Shown here: positions 1 through 14,063 of the stretch, in pieces | How positions within the stretch are numbered: the first letter of the stretch is position 1 | Layout: every line of letters begins with the position of its first letter | Source: Nitrospira sp. | GTDB lineage: Bacteria > Nitrospirota > Nitrospiria > SBBL01 > JAADHI01 | DNA length: 64,000 nucleotides | Direction: 5' to 3' | Assembly: GCA_027020665.1 (NCBI GenBank) | Contig: JALUVJ010000014.1 | Span: 466 to 64,465 of the forward strand | Position numbers and translations under genes: made by a program | The notes under the pieces: model-generated | What the model was told of the DNA's origin: nothing | What the model saw: the letters and a program-made list of their open reading frames with translations, nothing else | Database searches by the model: none

Positions 1-981
1 ATTAAAGTTGTCTGCAATGCCTTTATCGAGGGCGACGACCTTAAAACGAATTACGACAATGCGGTTTGCAAAATCGAAAAACTCATTGACCGTTTAAAAC
101 AGCCGCTGGTCGCCCCGCAGCTTTCGCCAAAAGAGGGCACAAGTGAAAGCCCTGTTTCAAATGTGAGCCGTGAGCAATTTAAAAAAAGTGTGTTGAAAGC
201 GAAGGACTACATTCAGGCCGGAGACATTTTTCAGGTACAGATTTCGCAGCGTTTTTCCGTGCCGCTCACGGTCGATGCCTTTACGGTTTACCGAGCGCTG
301 CGCAGCATCAACCCTTCCCCGTACATGTTTTACATGGAAATCGGCGAAACACGTCTGGTGGGAACCTCACCCGAAGTGCTTGTGCGTTTGGAAGGCGAGC
401 TGGTTGAAACGCGTCCCATTGCAGGCACGCGCCCGCGCGGTAAAACAGAGCAAGAAGACCGGGCGCTTGAAGTCGAACTTTTGGCTGACCCGAAAGAACG
501 TGCGGAGCATGTCATGTTGATTGATCTGGGACGCAACGATGTGGGGCGGGTCTGCCGATACGGCACTGTCGAGGCCAACGAAGTGATGGTGATCGAACGG
601 TATTCTCATGTGATGCACATCGTCTCCAATGTGTGCGGGGACTTGCAAGAAGGAAAAGACGCCTTTGATGTTTTGGCGGCGTGTTTCCCGGCGGGCACGG
701 TGACCGGCGCGCCCAAGATTCGGGCGATGGAAATCATTGACGAACTTGAAACGGAAAGCCGCTCGCTTTATGCGGGTGCGGTCGGGTATTTCAGTTTTCA
801 AGGCAATATGGATACCTGTATCACCATTCGCACGATTGTGGTGGAAGGCGGGCAAGCCGCGGTCCAGGCCGCAGCCGGCATCGTTGCGGATTCCGACCCG
901 GATCGTGAATACGAAGAAACGGTGAATAAAGCAAAGGCCATGCAGGCGGCCATTGTCTTTGCCGAAAAAGGTTTGGCTTAA
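1..981 (+). CDS. trpE: Anthranilate synthase component I, 5'-truncated by window edge
   Basis: Frame 1 is open from nt 1, with no stop before the ORF-track Met at 163, so the gene is cut by the window edge. The chorismate-binding C-terminal half carries [27 protein letters not shown] and GAVGYF motifs. trpG follows 10 nt later. Confidence 0.9.
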   Translation: MKVVCNAFIEGDDLKTNYDNAVCKIEKLIDRLKQPLVAPQLSPKEGTSESPVSNVSREQFKKSVLKAKDYIQAGDIFQVQISQRFSVPLTVDAFTVYRALRSINPSPYMFYMEIGETRLVGTSPEVLVRLEGELVETRPIAGTRPRGKTEQEDRALEVELLADPKERAEHVMLIDLGRNDVGRVCRYGTVEANEVMVIERYSHVMHIVSNVCGDLQEGKDAFDVLAACFPAGTVTGAPKIRAMEIIDELETESRSLYAGAVGYFSFQGNMDTCITIRTIVVEGGQAAVQAAAGIVADSDPDREYEETVNKAKAMQAAIVFAEKGLA

Positions 982-990
982 ATTAGAACG

Positions 991-1554
991 ATGTTGCTTG
1001 TCATTGACAATTACGATTCCTTTACCTACAACTTGGTGCAATACCTGGGGGAGTTGGGACAGGAGATCGTTGTTTTTAGAAACGATCAAATCACGCTCGA
1101 AGAAATTGCGGCCCTGCAGCCGCGGAAGATCCTGATTTCGCCGGGGCCGGGCCGTCCGGAAAACGCGGGTATTTCCATTGCGCTGATTCAAAAATTAGGG
1201 CGTAAGATTCCTATCTTGGGGGTTTGCCTCGGCCATCAAGCCATTGGAGCAGCCTTCGGTGCCGAAGTCATTTGTGCGGATCGTCTGATGCATGGAAAAA
1301 CCTCGATGATTTCACACGATAAACAATCGATTTATCATGAACTCCCGATGCCTTTTGAAGCGACGCGCTACCATTCGCTTATTTTGAGAAAAGAAAGCTT
1401 ACCGGATGTTTTTGAAATTTCGTCTTGGACGGATGCGGGGGAAATTATGGGCATTCGGCACAAGAGGCTGCCCATTGAGGGCGTTCAATTTCATCCGGAA
1501 TCAATTTTGACAAAAGCCGGAAAAGCGCTTTTGAACAATTTTTTGAATCTGTGA
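991..1554 (+). CDS. trpG: Anthranilate synthase component II (glutamine amidotransferase)
   Basis: 187 aa. Has the GVCLGHQ nucleophile motif and the VQFHPES His/Glu end motif of class-I amidotransferases. Sits between trpE and trpD. Confidence 0.9.
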   Translation: MLLVIDNYDSFTYNLVQYLGELGQEIVVFRNDQITLEEIAALQPRKILISPGPGRPENAGISIALIQKLGRKIPILGVCLGHQAIGAAFGAEVICADRLMHGKTSMISHDKQSIYHELPMPFEATRYHSLILRKESLPDVFEISSWTDAGEIMGIRHKRLPIEGVQFHPESILTKAGKALLNNFLNL

Positions 1555-1827
1555 ATTTTTTAAATAAAAAGGGGAAAATGAAGATGGCGATGCCCAAGAA
1601 AAGAATCATTGAAATCACATTGGCCCGGATGAATACGACACTAAACGAAGTGATGCGGGACGAACAGATGCATGAACCGGTGTACGCGTGCGAATCAGGA
1701 AAGGACAAACAAGGCGCTTCTTACGATTGCAGAGACCGGTCTTTTGAACGCACACAGAGCATGTCCAATTTTTTGTGGAATTAAATCAGTGATTTGTCTG
1801 ATTTTCCATGCATAAAGGAACACTGCG

Positions 1828-2838
1828 ATGATCAAAGACGCGATTAAAAAAATAATTGAGCAAGTTGATTTGAGTGCGGTCGAGGCCGAGGACGTGATGC
1901 GCGAGATCATGGAGGGCAAAGCCACACCCTCTCAAATTGCGTCTTATATTACGGCTTTGCGCATGAAGGGGGAGACCGTGGATGAAATTACCGGCTCCGC
2001 ACGGGTCATGCGTGAAAAAGCCGTTCGAGTGAGGGTGGATGATCCTTTGGTGGTCGATACTTGCGGCACGGGCGGAGATCATCTCAATACCTTCAATATC
2101 TCCACGACCGTTGCTTTTGTTGTCGCGGGTGTAGGCGTCACCGTGGCGAAACACGGTAATTATTCTGTTTCAAGTGCCTGTGGTAGTGCTGATGTGCTCA
2201 AGGCTTTGGGGGTCGCAATTGAGATCCCGACAGAGAAAGTCGAAGCTTGCATTAATGAAATCGGCATCGGGTTTCTCTTTGCACCTTTGTTTCACGGTGC
2301 GATGAAATATGCTGCGGCATCGCGCCGGGAAACGGGTATTCGCTCCATCTTCAATATTTTGGGGCCGCTGTCCAATCCTGCGCGCGCCTCGATTCAGGTC
2401 TTGGGGGTTTATGCGCCCGAATTGACGGATCTGATGGCGCAAGTCTTGGTGAAGCTGGGTTCGCGGCATTGTTTTATCGTGCATGGCATGGACGGTTTGG
2501 ATGAAGTGACTGTCACCGGAAAAAGTCGCATTTCCGAAGGAAAAAGCGGGCGGGTCGCGGCCTACTTTATTGAACCGAAAGATTTTCAACGCGAAAATGG
2601 AAACATCAAGGATTTGACGGGTGGAAATGCGCAGACGAACGCTGCGATTCTTCAGTCTATCTTGCGCGGGGAGCAGGGTGCGAAGCGGGATGTGGTTCTG
2701 ATGAATGCGGCACCTGCCTTTGTCGCAGCCGGAAAAGCGGACAATTTACAAGAGGGTTTTGCTTTGGCGGAAGAATCCATTGACTCGGGTCGGGCAATGT
2801 CGAAACTGGATCAACTCATTGAGATGACAAATAAGTAG
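1828..2838 (+). CDS. trpD: Anthranilate phosphoribosyltransferase
   Basis: 336 aa. Has the DTCGTGGD motif and KHGN. An AAGGA ribosome-binding site lies upstream of ATG 1828. Confidence 0.9.
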   Translation: MIKDAIKKIIEQVDLSAVEAEDVMREIMEGKATPSQIASYITALRMKGETVDEITGSARVMREKAVRVRVDDPLVVDTCGTGGDHLNTFNISTTVAFVVAGVGVTVAKHGNYSVSSACGSADVLKALGVAIEIPTEKVEACINEIGIGFLFAPLFHGAMKYAAASRRETGIRSIFNILGPLSNPARASIQVLGVYAPELTDLMAQVLVKLGSRHCFIVHGMDGLDEVTVTGKSRISEGKSGRVAAYFIEPKDFQRENGNIKDLTGGNAQTNAAILQSILRGEQGAKRDVVLMNAAPAFVAAGKADNLQEGFALAEESIDSGRAMSKLDQLIEMTNK

Positions 2839-2855
2839 GAGTATATTTTTCTTAA

Positions 2856-3638
2856 ATGAGTTTATTAGATCAAGTTGTTTCTCGAAAACGAAGCGATGTG
2901 CGGTCCAGAAAAGGACGGGATTATCTGCGTGAACTTAGGATGCAAGCCGCGGATATCGGCCCGACGCGTGGTTTTGCCGCAGCCTTGATGAATCACCGGG
3001 GTCTATTGCCCGCACTCATCGCCGAGGTCAAAAAAGCTTCGCCTTCAAAAGGAGTGATTCGGGCCGACTTCCACCCGATTGAAATCGCGCAGATTTACGA
3101 GGCGGGCGGTGCTTCGGCGCTTTCGGTTTTGACGGAAGAACACTATTTTTTAGGCAAGCCCGCTTATCTCAAGGCAATTCGTGACAAGGTCGGTCTCCCG
3201 ATGCTACAAAAAGATTTTATCTTGGATGAACTCCAGGTTTATGAGGCCCGCGCCTGGGGCGCGGATGCGCTTCTTTTGATTGTCGCACTTTTGGAACCCG
3301 CCCAAATCCGGGACTATTTTGATTTGGCACGGGAGCTTTCCTTGGATGTTTTAATTGAAGTCCATACCGAAGCAGAACTGGAAAAAATCATCGAATGGGC
3401 ACCCGTGATCGGTATCAACAACCGGGATTTAAACACCTTTGAAACGAAGCTTGAAACGACCTTTCGTTTGTGCAAAGCAATTTCCAAAGACCGCACACTG
3501 GTGAGCGAAAGCGGCATTCGTACACAGGGAGAGCTTGAAGTTTTATCCGAAGCAGGTGTACACGCCGTTTTAATCGGGGAAACCCTTATGGCATCAAAAA
3601 ACATCGGTGCCAAAATGAAGGCATTGTTCGCAAGCTGA
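2856..3638 (+). CDS. trpC: Indole-3-glycerol phosphate synthase
   Basis: 260 aa with LIAEVKKASPSKG and INNRDL motifs, in trp operon context. Confidence 0.9.
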   Translation: MSLLDQVVSRKRSDVRSRKGRDYLRELRMQAADIGPTRGFAAALMNHRGLLPALIAEVKKASPSKGVIRADFHPIEIAQIYEAGGASALSVLTEEHYFLGKPAYLKAIRDKVGLPMLQKDFILDELQVYEARAWGADALLLIVALLEPAQIRDYFDLARELSLDVLIEVHTEAELEKIIEWAPVIGINNRDLNTFETKLETTFRLCKAISKDRTLVSESGIRTQGELEVLSEAGVHAVLIGETLMASKNIGAKMKALFAS

Positions 3639-4270
3639 TGCGCGTTAAGATTTGCGGAATCACAAACCTGAATGACGCGCGCGCGGCTGTGGCTTTTGGG
3701 GCCGATGCCTTGGGGTTTATTCTTGCGCCGGAAAGCCCGCGTTGTATTTCCCCGGAAGCGGTGTCTTCGATTATTAAACAGTTGCCGCCCTTTGTGACAT
3801 GCGTTGGCGTGATTACCGCAGGCGACGAAGAGGCGATTCATCATTCTATTCATGGCATCGGTTTGCATTTGATTCAGTTTCACGGCGATTTTCCGGAAAA
3901 GACCCTGCGCCGCTTTTCGCATCGCGCCATTCAAGTTGTGCGTGTGAAAGATGAACGTTCTTTGCGGCAACTTTCGACTCTCCCTGTTCGGGCGCATCTA
4001 CTCGATAGCTATCACGAAAAAATGGCCGGCGGGAGTGGCATAACCTTCAATTGGCAGATTGCGCGAAAAGCGGCTTTGCGTGGAAATATTATTCTGGCGG
4101 GAGGTTTGAAACCCGAAAATGTGCAAGAAGCGATTTTGCAGGTCCGGCCTTATGGCGTCGATGTGAGCAGCGGCGTTGAGGCGGAAAAAGGGAAAAAAGA
4201 TCATATGAAGTTAAAACGGTTTATTGCCGCAGCAAAGAGAATGGAGTCTGAATTTGCAGCTTCCGAATAA
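3638..4270 (+). CDS. trpF: Phosphoribosylanthranilate isomerase
   Basis: 210 aa with the N-terminus MRVKICGIT. The start overlaps the trpC stop (TGATG at 3636-3640). Confidence 0.85.
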   Translation: MRVKICGITNLNDARAAVAFGADALGFILAPESPRCISPEAVSSIIKQLPPFVTCVGVITAGDEEAIHHSIHGIGLHLIQFHGDFPEKTLRRFSHRAIQVVRVKDERSLRQLSTLPVRAHLLDSYHEKMAGGSGITFNWQIARKAALRGNIILAGGLKPENVQEAILQVRPYGVDVSSGVEAEKGKKDHMKLKRFIAAAKRMESEFAASE

Positions 4271-5465
4271 AAAAGGACGTTTTGGCCCCTATGGGGGACG
4301 TTATGTCGCCGAAACCTTGATGCCCGCCTTGCAGGAGTTGGAGCAGGTTTATCAATCTCTGCGTCGCAAGTCCAATTTTAAAAAGACCCTGCGTGAACAT
4401 CTCCATACCTATGTGGGACGTCCGACTTCCCTCTATTTTGCGGAACGGCTCAGCACATATTTGGGTGGCCCGAAGATTTATTTAAAACGCGAAGACCTTT
4501 GTCACACGGGCGCGCATAAAATCAACAATACGATCGGCCAGATTTTGCTGACGAAGGAAATGGGAAAAAAACGGGTCATCGCCGAGACGGGCGCGGGGCA
4601 GCACGGCGTGGCCGTTGCAACCGTTGCCGCGCGTGCAGGCTTGAAATGCGAAGTTTACATGGGCACGGAAGACATGGCGCGCCAAGCCTTGAATGTGGTG
4701 CGCATGCGCATGTTGGGGGCAAAAGTCACGGGGGTCGATACGGGTAGCTGTACATTAAAAGATGCCATCAGTGAGGCCTTGCGCGATTGGACCGCCAATG
4801 TCGGCGATACGCACTATATTCTGGGATCTGTTTTGGGGCCGCATCCCTATCCCATGATGATTCGTGATTTTCAATCGGTAATCGGCTTGGAGGCTCGTCA
4901 ACAAATTTTAAGGGCCGAAGGGCGTCTGCCCGATCTCTTGATTGCCTGCGTGGGCGGCGGCAGCAATGCCATTGGGCTTTTTTATCCCTTTCTTAAAGAG
5001 GATTCTGTCAGAATGGTCGGTGTTGAAGCGGGTGGTTTGGGTATTGATACCGGAAAACACGCGGCGCGTTTTGCGACAGGTTCCGTGGGTGTTTTGCAGG
5101 GGACGATGACCTTTTTATTGCAAGATGAAAATGGACAAATCAATTTGACTCACTCCGTGTCTGCCGGTTTGGATTATGCGGCGGTCGGCCCTGAGCACAG
5201 TTATTATCGTGACAATCATCGTATCGACTATGCTTCTGCGACAGACGATGAAGCCTTGGCGGCTTTTCATGTATTGGCAAAAACAGAAGGCATTATCCCG
5301 GCTTTGGAGTCCTCACATGCTTTGGCCCATCTCGCAAAAGTTGCACCCACGATGTCGAAAGATCAAATGATTATTCTGAATTTGTCCGGGCGCGGGGATA
5401 AGGATGTGAACCAAGTTTCGACCTTGATGGGCTTGACCGGGGCAATCACCGGGGGGGAGGTATAG
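4254..5465 (+). CDS. trpB: Tryptophan synthase beta chain
   Basis: Has the [12 protein letters not shown]-lysine motif, GGGSNAIG and an [10 protein letters not shown]-terminus. The ORF track starts at TTG 4224. TTG 4254 is preceded by GGAG at 4243-4246 and is my preferred start. The stop at 5465 is firm. Confidence 0.9.
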   Translation: MQLPNKKGRFGPYGGRYVAETLMPALQELEQVYQSLRRKSNFKKTLREHLHTYVGRPTSLYFAERLSTYLGGPKIYLKREDLCHTGAHKINNTIGQILLTKEMGKKRVIAETGAGQHGVAVATVAARAGLKCEVYMGTEDMARQALNVVRMRMLGAKVTGVDTGSCTLKDAISEALRDWTANVGDTHYILGSVLGPHPYPMMIRDFQSVIGLEARQQILRAEGRLPDLLIACVGGGSNAIGLFYPFLKEDSVRMVGVEAGGLGIDTGKHAARFATGSVGVLQGTMTFLLQDENGQINLTHSVSAGLDYAAVGPEHSYYRDNHRIDYASATDDEALAAFHVLAKTEGIIPALESSHALAHLAKVAPTMSKDQMIILNLSGRGDKDVNQVSTLMGLTGAITGGEV

Positions 5466-6269
5466 TTGGGCCGAATCGAAGCCACTTTAAAAAATGTGCT
5501 GCTTATGCGGGAAAAGTCGCTGATTGCTTATGTGATGGCCGGTGACCCGACCCTTGCCGCAACCGAAGAGATTGTGCTTGAAGTGGATCGCGCGGGCGCG
5601 GATTTGATTGAAATCGGTGTGCCTTTTTCCGATCCGATTGCAGACGGCCCGACCATTCAGAAAGCAGCAGACCGGGCGTTAAAATACAATGTTTCTTTAA
5701 GAGATATCTTGGCTTTGGTGGCAAATTTAAGAAAACAAACGAAAGTTCCGCTCATTCTCATGTCCTACTGTAATCCGATCTTCGCTTATGGTTTACCTGA
5801 ATTTTTTAAGGAGGCCCGCCGCGTGGGAGTGAATGCTTTGATTGTGCCGGATTTGCCGCCGGAAGAAGCAGGCGGTTTTTTGCCCTTGGCCCGACGGGAA
5901 TTGATCGACATGATTTTTCTGGTTGCGCCGACCACACCGGATGAACGGCTCAAAAAAATTCTAAAGGCAGGAAGCGGCTTTGTTTATTATGTGCCGCTTA
6001 CGGGTGTGACAGGTTCCAAGCTCTCCGGGAAGGCCGAAATTTGTGAACGCATTACCCATCTCAAAACGCACACGGATCGCCCTGTTGTCGCAGGTTTTGG
6101 CATTGCTTCACCGGAAGATGCCAAGGATCTCGGGCAAGCCGCCGACGGGGTGATTGTCGGCAGTGCCTTGGTTAAAATAATCGGGACGGCGGCCGAAAAC
6201 CCGAATTATCTGTCTGATTTGAGTGCTTTTGTCGCGTCGCTGAAAGGGGCGTTAAAGCCTGCGGGTTAG
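5466..6269 (+). CDS. trpA: Tryptophan synthase alpha chain
   Basis: 267 aa with the GVPFSDPIADGPTIQ motif. The TTG start directly abuts the trpB stop. Confidence 0.9.
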   Translation: MGRIEATLKNVLLMREKSLIAYVMAGDPTLAATEEIVLEVDRAGADLIEIGVPFSDPIADGPTIQKAADRALKYNVSLRDILALVANLRKQTKVPLILMSYCNPIFAYGLPEFFKEARRVGVNALIVPDLPPEEAGGFLPLARRELIDMIFLVAPTTPDERLKKILKAGSGFVYYVPLTGVTGSKLSGKAEICERITHLKTHTDRPVVAGFGIASPEDAKDLGQAADGVIVGSALVKIIGTAAENPNYLSDLSAFVASLKGALKPAG

Positions 6270-6394
6270 TGATTGATTTGCCTGTCTATAATTATCCTGA
6301 GTAAATAGCAGAGGCAGGCGATATACATAGCAGAAATAGCTCCGAATGCGGCCTCAGTTTTAAATGTCAGGGCGTGTTCATTAAGGCCGAAGTA

Positions 6395-6622
6395 TTAAAG
6401 ACGAACAGGATCAACAATCTCAAGAAAAGAAAAGCGGTGAAAATCAGTATCCCGTGTACAGATGGAAAATGATGGAAGTGGCGGAAGCGGCTTTTTTTTC
6501 TGGTTTCTCAATAGCATGCGCAATGCCATTTCGACCATCTCAGGCAGAGTGCGTTGCTGGCGAACGGCCTCGCGTTTAAGCTCTGCCATGACCGTGTCAT
6601 TAATATTGAGCGTGGTTTTCAT
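6395..6622 (-). pseudogene. vapB-like RHH antitoxin N-terminus fused in frame to the C-terminal tail of a PIN (VapC) toxin; deletion remnant of a vapBC module
   Basis: 75 aa. MKTTLNINDTVMAELKREAVRQQRTLPEMVEMALRMLLRNQKKKPLPPLPSF matches the VapB pattern as I remember it. It runs straight into CTRDTDFHRFSFLEIVDP, the typical last ~20 residues of VapC PIN toxins. The ~110 residues of PIN core are missing. Confidence 0.5.
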
Positions 6623-6745
6623 GGCGAATCGGCGGTTTCAAATTCCGCGATCGCGGAATTTGGGTGTTCTTGGGTGATTGAGATATATAGATAATTGTGA
6701 TATAAAGCGGGCAAACAGGGGTCGGTTTATCTAAGAAATCTCATC

Positions 6746-7213
6746 ATGAAGCGAAAGCAACATCATATCGCTCTTTTTTCCTTGTTTGTCTTTTTTTTCT
6801 CATCGACCGGAACTTCGTTTGCGCTTCCTGCCTCCTTGTTGATGGTTCACAAGGGGCATGAGGTATTTGTGAATCATAAAATAAACCGCATTCAAATTGT
6901 TTTCTCTCATTCGAGTCCTCATCATCCATATGAAATAACACAAAATCATGCACATGAACATGATGTGCCGGATCAATTGATTTCCGCACTGACACCGGGC
7001 GATTTTGCTCATACGGATCACATTATTGATTTACCCGTCTACAAAGCGAAGCGCCTGAACCCGGCGGCCTTCATCCCGGCCGCACCGGATTTCACAAGGG
7101 AAACCGGTGTTCCGCCGGCGCGCCTTAAAAGACCCGCACCACTCAAACACAGGGCTTTTTTTCAATCCGAACAGACCCTGTGCGCCCTTTGCAGCACCAT
7201 TCTTCTGATTTAA
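6746..7213 (+). CDS. Hypothetical secreted His-rich protein upstream of czcBA
   Basis: 155 aa. Has an N-terminal signal-like hydrophobic stretch (IALFSLFVFFFSSTGTSFA) and a His cluster (HSSPHHPYEITQNHAHEHD). I recognise no family, and there is no clear RBS. Confidence 0.4.
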   Translation: MKRKQHHIALFSLFVFFFSSTGTSFALPASLLMVHKGHEVFVNHKINRIQIVFSHSSPHHPYEITQNHAHEHDVPDQLISALTPGDFAHTDHIIDLPVYKAKRLNPAAFIPAAPDFTRETGVPPARLKRPAPLKHRAFFQSEQTLCALCSTILLI

Positions 7214-7321
7214 TCCCTTTAACACCTGAACACGTACATTCAATTCAATACATCCAGACCCTGCGCGATGATCCGTATGCGCTTGTCGACTTGTAATATT
7301 GAAGGAATCCCGGATTAAGTT

Positions 7322-8914
7322 ATGAATAGTTTTTTCAAGACAAAAATTCCCGTGAAAAGTAAAGTATCGCAAGAAAAACGGAGCCCAAAAACAGGCCGAG
7401 CGGTTTTTTTGACGGCAGGCCTCTTCCTGATCTGGGGCTGTTCTCCGGCTGGAAATTTCTCCGATCACACACATTCCGGTGAAGACAAACATGTTCATGA
7501 AGAGTTGCCGAAAGGCCCGCACCGGGGGAATCTGTTTAAAACAGACCATTTCGAACTTGAAGTCAGCATCTATGAACAAGGCGTCGCCCCGCAATTCAGA
7601 GTTTATCCCGTTCATAAGGGAAAGCCCGTGTCGCTGAGCGAAGTGGATTTAATGATCAGCCTGCACCGATTGGGCGGCCGGGTCGATGAAATTCATTTTA
7701 AACCCGAAGGGGATTATTTACTCGGTGATCGAATCGTTGAAGAGCCGCATTCTTTTGAGATGAATATCAGTCTGCAATGGCAGGGAAAAAATTATCGTTG
7801 GACGCACAATAGCGTAGAAGGCCGCGTTACGCTTGTCCCGGAAGCGGTGAAGCGCGCAAAAATTGAAACCCTGAAAGCCGGGCCGCACATCATCAACAGC
7901 GTGATTCGTTTTCCGGGGGAAATCGCATTTAACCGCAACCGCTTGGTGCATGTTGTGCCCCGTGTTTCAGGGCTTGCGACCGAAGTGCTGAAAAACCGTG
8001 GAGATCGCGTAAAAAAAGGGGATGTGCTGGCTGTCTTCAACAGTCGGGAATTGGCCGAAGCGCGTAGCGAATACATTGAGTCCGTGCATCGACTCGAATT
8101 TGCACAAGCCTCCTTTCTGCGAGAGGAAAATCTCCGGAAGAAAAAAATATCGGCTGAAGAAGAATATTTACGCAGCTATCATGCCTTGGAAGAAGCCGAA
8201 CTTATCCGGCAAGTCAAAGAACAAAAACTGACGGCGCTCGGTATAATGCCGGAGGAACTAAGGCTTTTAGCTGTCGAACCCGAAGGCCGGGTGCAAAACC
8301 GGAAAGTGAGAGCTCCTTTTGCACAGAAAGCCCTGACGCGTTATGTGCTCCGAGCGCCCATGGACGGCACGATTATCGAAAAACATCTTGCTTTGGGCGA
8401 GGCAGTGGAAAAATCTTCTACCCTTTTTGTTATTGCGGATCTTTCCAGTCTTTGGGGCGAGATTACGGTTTATGAAAAATATTTGAATGCCGTCCGGCTC
8501 GATCAGGCCGTGACTGTGAAGAATGAGGCGCTCGGGCTGGAATCATCCGGAAAGATTGTTTACATGGATGCAAAGGTCGATCAAAGAACGCGTTCCATCA
8601 AAGCCCACATCCATCTGTCCAATGAAAAGGGTTTGTGGCGGCCGGGTTTGTTTGTGAGTGTGGATTTAGTCCGGACGGCCCGTGAGGTGCCCATTGCGAT
8701 CCCGCTCACTGCCATTCAGGCTTTTCGAGATTGGCAGGTGGTCTTCGTAAAATACGGCGATGATTTTGAAGTGCGTCCACTGGAATTGGGTCGGCGCGAC
8801 GGATCATGGGTGGAAGTGCGTTCGGGGCTTTTGCCGGGAGAAGAATATGTCTCGCGCAACAGCTTTATTCTAAAAGCCGATTTGGAGAAAGCCGGCGCCT
8901 CGCACGATCACTGA
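7322..8914 (+). CDS. czcB: RND efflux periplasmic adaptor (CzcB-like membrane fusion protein) with extra N-terminal domain
   Basis: 530 aa. Has a lipoprotein-type signal (LFLIWGCS) followed by a His-rich stretch (HTHSGEDKHVHEE). The C-terminal two-thirds shows an HlyD/MFP-like pattern (VKKGDVLAVF, coiled-coil segment, beta-barrel end). Lies directly upstream of czcA. Confidence 0.8.
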   Translation: MNSFFKTKIPVKSKVSQEKRSPKTGRAVFLTAGLFLIWGCSPAGNFSDHTHSGEDKHVHEELPKGPHRGNLFKTDHFELEVSIYEQGVAPQFRVYPVHKGKPVSLSEVDLMISLHRLGGRVDEIHFKPEGDYLLGDRIVEEPHSFEMNISLQWQGKNYRWTHNSVEGRVTLVPEAVKRAKIETLKAGPHIINSVIRFPGEIAFNRNRLVHVVPRVSGLATEVLKNRGDRVKKGDVLAVFNSRELAEARSEYIESVHRLEFAQASFLREENLRKKKISAEEEYLRSYHALEEAELIRQVKEQKLTALGIMPEELRLLAVEPEGRVQNRKVRAPFAQKALTRYVLRAPMDGTIIEKHLALGEAVEKSSTLFVIADLSSLWGEITVYEKYLNAVRLDQAVTVKNEALGLESSGKIVYMDAKVDQRTRSIKAHIHLSNEKGLWRPGLFVSVDLVRTAREVPIAIPLTAIQAFRDWQVVFVKYGDDFEVRPLELGRRDGSWVEVRSGLLPGEEYVSRNSFILKADLEKAGASHDH

Positions 8915-9072
8915 GGAATCGCTGGATTGAATTTTCGGGAGGAAAAATGTTTCGATCTAAGGCGCAAATTGCGGGGAATGGCAAGCCTGTTTTCAAGGTT
9001 TGCAAGGTAAAAGCGGGATACTAGAAAAAACAATTCATGATTGACTCAGGGATTCCTAGATAGGAGGGTTGA

Positions 9073-12249
<3,177 letters not shown>

Positions 12250-12533
12250 TCCTCAATCGCCACCTTCCGTATTTTAAAATTTTAGGAAGCCCTGAATAAG
12301 TCTTGAGGTAGAGGGTATTTACATGAGATAATTCCGATTGAGGATATTGTTGATAAGCTGAGCGTGTGGAGGCCAGTGGCGGGGCAGATGAACTTTTCAG
12401 ATTTAAAATAGGCAGAAAATAAAGGAGACAAGCCCTCGGAAACGGTTTTTATCAGAGATGAATCAGATTGTTCCCCGGCAAGGACTGGTTGATCCGATTG
12501 CCCCACTTTAAGGAAGATGAAAGGAAGATACTG

Positions 12534-14000
12534 ATGCAGTCTAAGAAGCGTATTTTGTTAATTGACGACAGCCAGACGCAATTGTTGATGCTGCAAATTT
12601 CTTTGGAAAAAATGGGTTTTGAGGTATTGAATGCGGCGGACGGCTTGGAGGGCGTGAGCCGTGCTTTTGCGGATCAACCGGATCTGATTATCTCGGATAT
12701 CATGATGCCGGAATTGAATGGCTATCAGCTTTGCCGACTGCTCAAAAATGACAAAAAAACAGCCCATATTCCCATCATTTTACTGACCAGTCTCGATCAG
12801 CCGCAGGATCGTTTTTGGGGCATTCGCGCCGGTGCCGATCAATACATCGTCAAAAATTCGGATTTAAGCGACTTAAAAAAAACGATTACCCTGCTTTTGA
12901 AAAAAACGATAAGCAAGCCGGGAGCGGATATAAAAGATAAAACCCCTTCTAAAAAAAGCACGGACTGGCAATCCATCCGGTCCAATGTGAATCATTTGCT
13001 GGATAAATTGCTTTTTGAGTCCACACTTTCCGGCGAGGCGCGGCAATTGGCTAATTTTATTCATGTGCAGGACGATCTTTTAAGCGCGTTTAGCGCACTG
13101 GTGAGCAGCCTCATCGAATATTCCTGTCTTTGCCTCTGTCTTTCCGACAGCCGCGGCCAAAAATATTATGTGGATTTAAAGCAGCCTTTGTCTAAAAAAA
13201 TATTGGACAAATCGATCAAAAATTTGTTCATGCGTATTGGAGCGAGTGACAAAAAAGAAGGGACCGAACCGGTATTTTTCAGCGGGAGCGAAAAAACCGA
13301 TGAGCGCGTAACAGAGAAAATATGTTCCGAATTGATCGTGCCCTTGGATATTCATAATGACTGTATCGGTCATCTCGCTTTTTTTTCTACGAAACAAGAG
13401 GCGTTTCAGCAAAAATCTGAAGACATTATTCGGCTACTCGCACAGGATTTTTCGATGGTGTTTCAATTGATGCTCCTGTATGCGGAAACAAAGGAACTGG
13501 CGATTACTGATGGACTGACGAAACTCTATAACAAGCGGTATTTCCTGGAGATTTTTGAAAAGGAGTTTGAGCGTGCGAAACGTTTTAAGTTGGACCTGTG
13601 CATCATACTGATGGACATCGATCATTTTAAATCCGTCAATGACACTTATGGCCATTTACAGGGAGACAGCGTATTAAAGGAAGTCGCGGCCATTGTGCGG
13701 AAAAGCATTCGAAAAATCGATTTCCCGGCACGTTACGGCGGGGAAGAGTTCATTATTATCGCCCCGAATACAAAGTTGGATGAGATGATTGAGATGGCGG
13801 AACGCATCAGAAAACGTACGGAATCTCATGCGTTTCAGAGCGGAAAAACGCCTTTAAAAATTACACTCAGTTTGGGCGTTGCTGGATTTCATGGGGAGCT
13901 GGGTGATCCTTTCGCGTTGATCAAAATGGCGGACGATGCCCTTTATCTCGCCAAGGACAGTGGGCGAAATCAGGTTTGCATTGGAAATGATCTGGAATGA
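12534..14000 (+). CDS. Response regulator receiver - unknown middle domain - GGDEF diguanylate cyclase
   Basis: The REC domain shows ILLIDDS, a phospho-acceptor context DLIISDIMMPELNG, and LT...K. The C-terminus has GGDEF with an intact RYGGEEF active site. The ORF-track start at 12468 is replaced by ATG 12534, which has an AAGGAAG RBS. Confidence 0.85.
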   Translation: MQSKKRILLIDDSQTQLLMLQISLEKMGFEVLNAADGLEGVSRAFADQPDLIISDIMMPELNGYQLCRLLKNDKKTAHIPIILLTSLDQPQDRFWGIRAGADQYIVKNSDLSDLKKTITLLLKKTISKPGADIKDKTPSKKSTDWQSIRSNVNHLLDKLLFESTLSGEARQLANFIHVQDDLLSAFSALVSSLIEYSCLCLCLSDSRGQKYYVDLKQPLSKKILDKSIKNLFMRIGASDKKEGTEPVFFSGSEKTDERVTEKICSELIVPLDIHNDCIGHLAFFSTKQEAFQQKSEDIIRLLAQDFSMVFQLMLLYAETKELAITDGLTKLYNKRYFLEIFEKEFERAKRFKLDLCIILMDIDHFKSVNDTYGHLQGDSVLKEVAAIVRKSIRKIDFPARYGGEEFIIIAPNTKLDEMIEMAERIRKRTESHAFQSGKTPLKITLSLGVAGFHGELGDPFALIKMADDALYLAKDSGRNQVCIGNDLE

Positions 14001-14063
14001 ATTACAAAAGAGGGAATCTTGTTGGATGGGGTTTAAAGCCGGCCGGGCTGAATAAGAACTTCC

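Noticed and set aside
367-1191. 274-aa ORF antisense to trpE/trpG. Similar long antisense ORFs occur elsewhere, e.g. 3314-3997, 36981-37664, 39354-40295 and 21826-22587.
   Set aside because: They lie fully inside, and opposite to, genes with unmistakable family motifs. Their translations are low-complexity, Arg/Pro/Gly-rich strings typical of shadow frames. No independent start context was seen.
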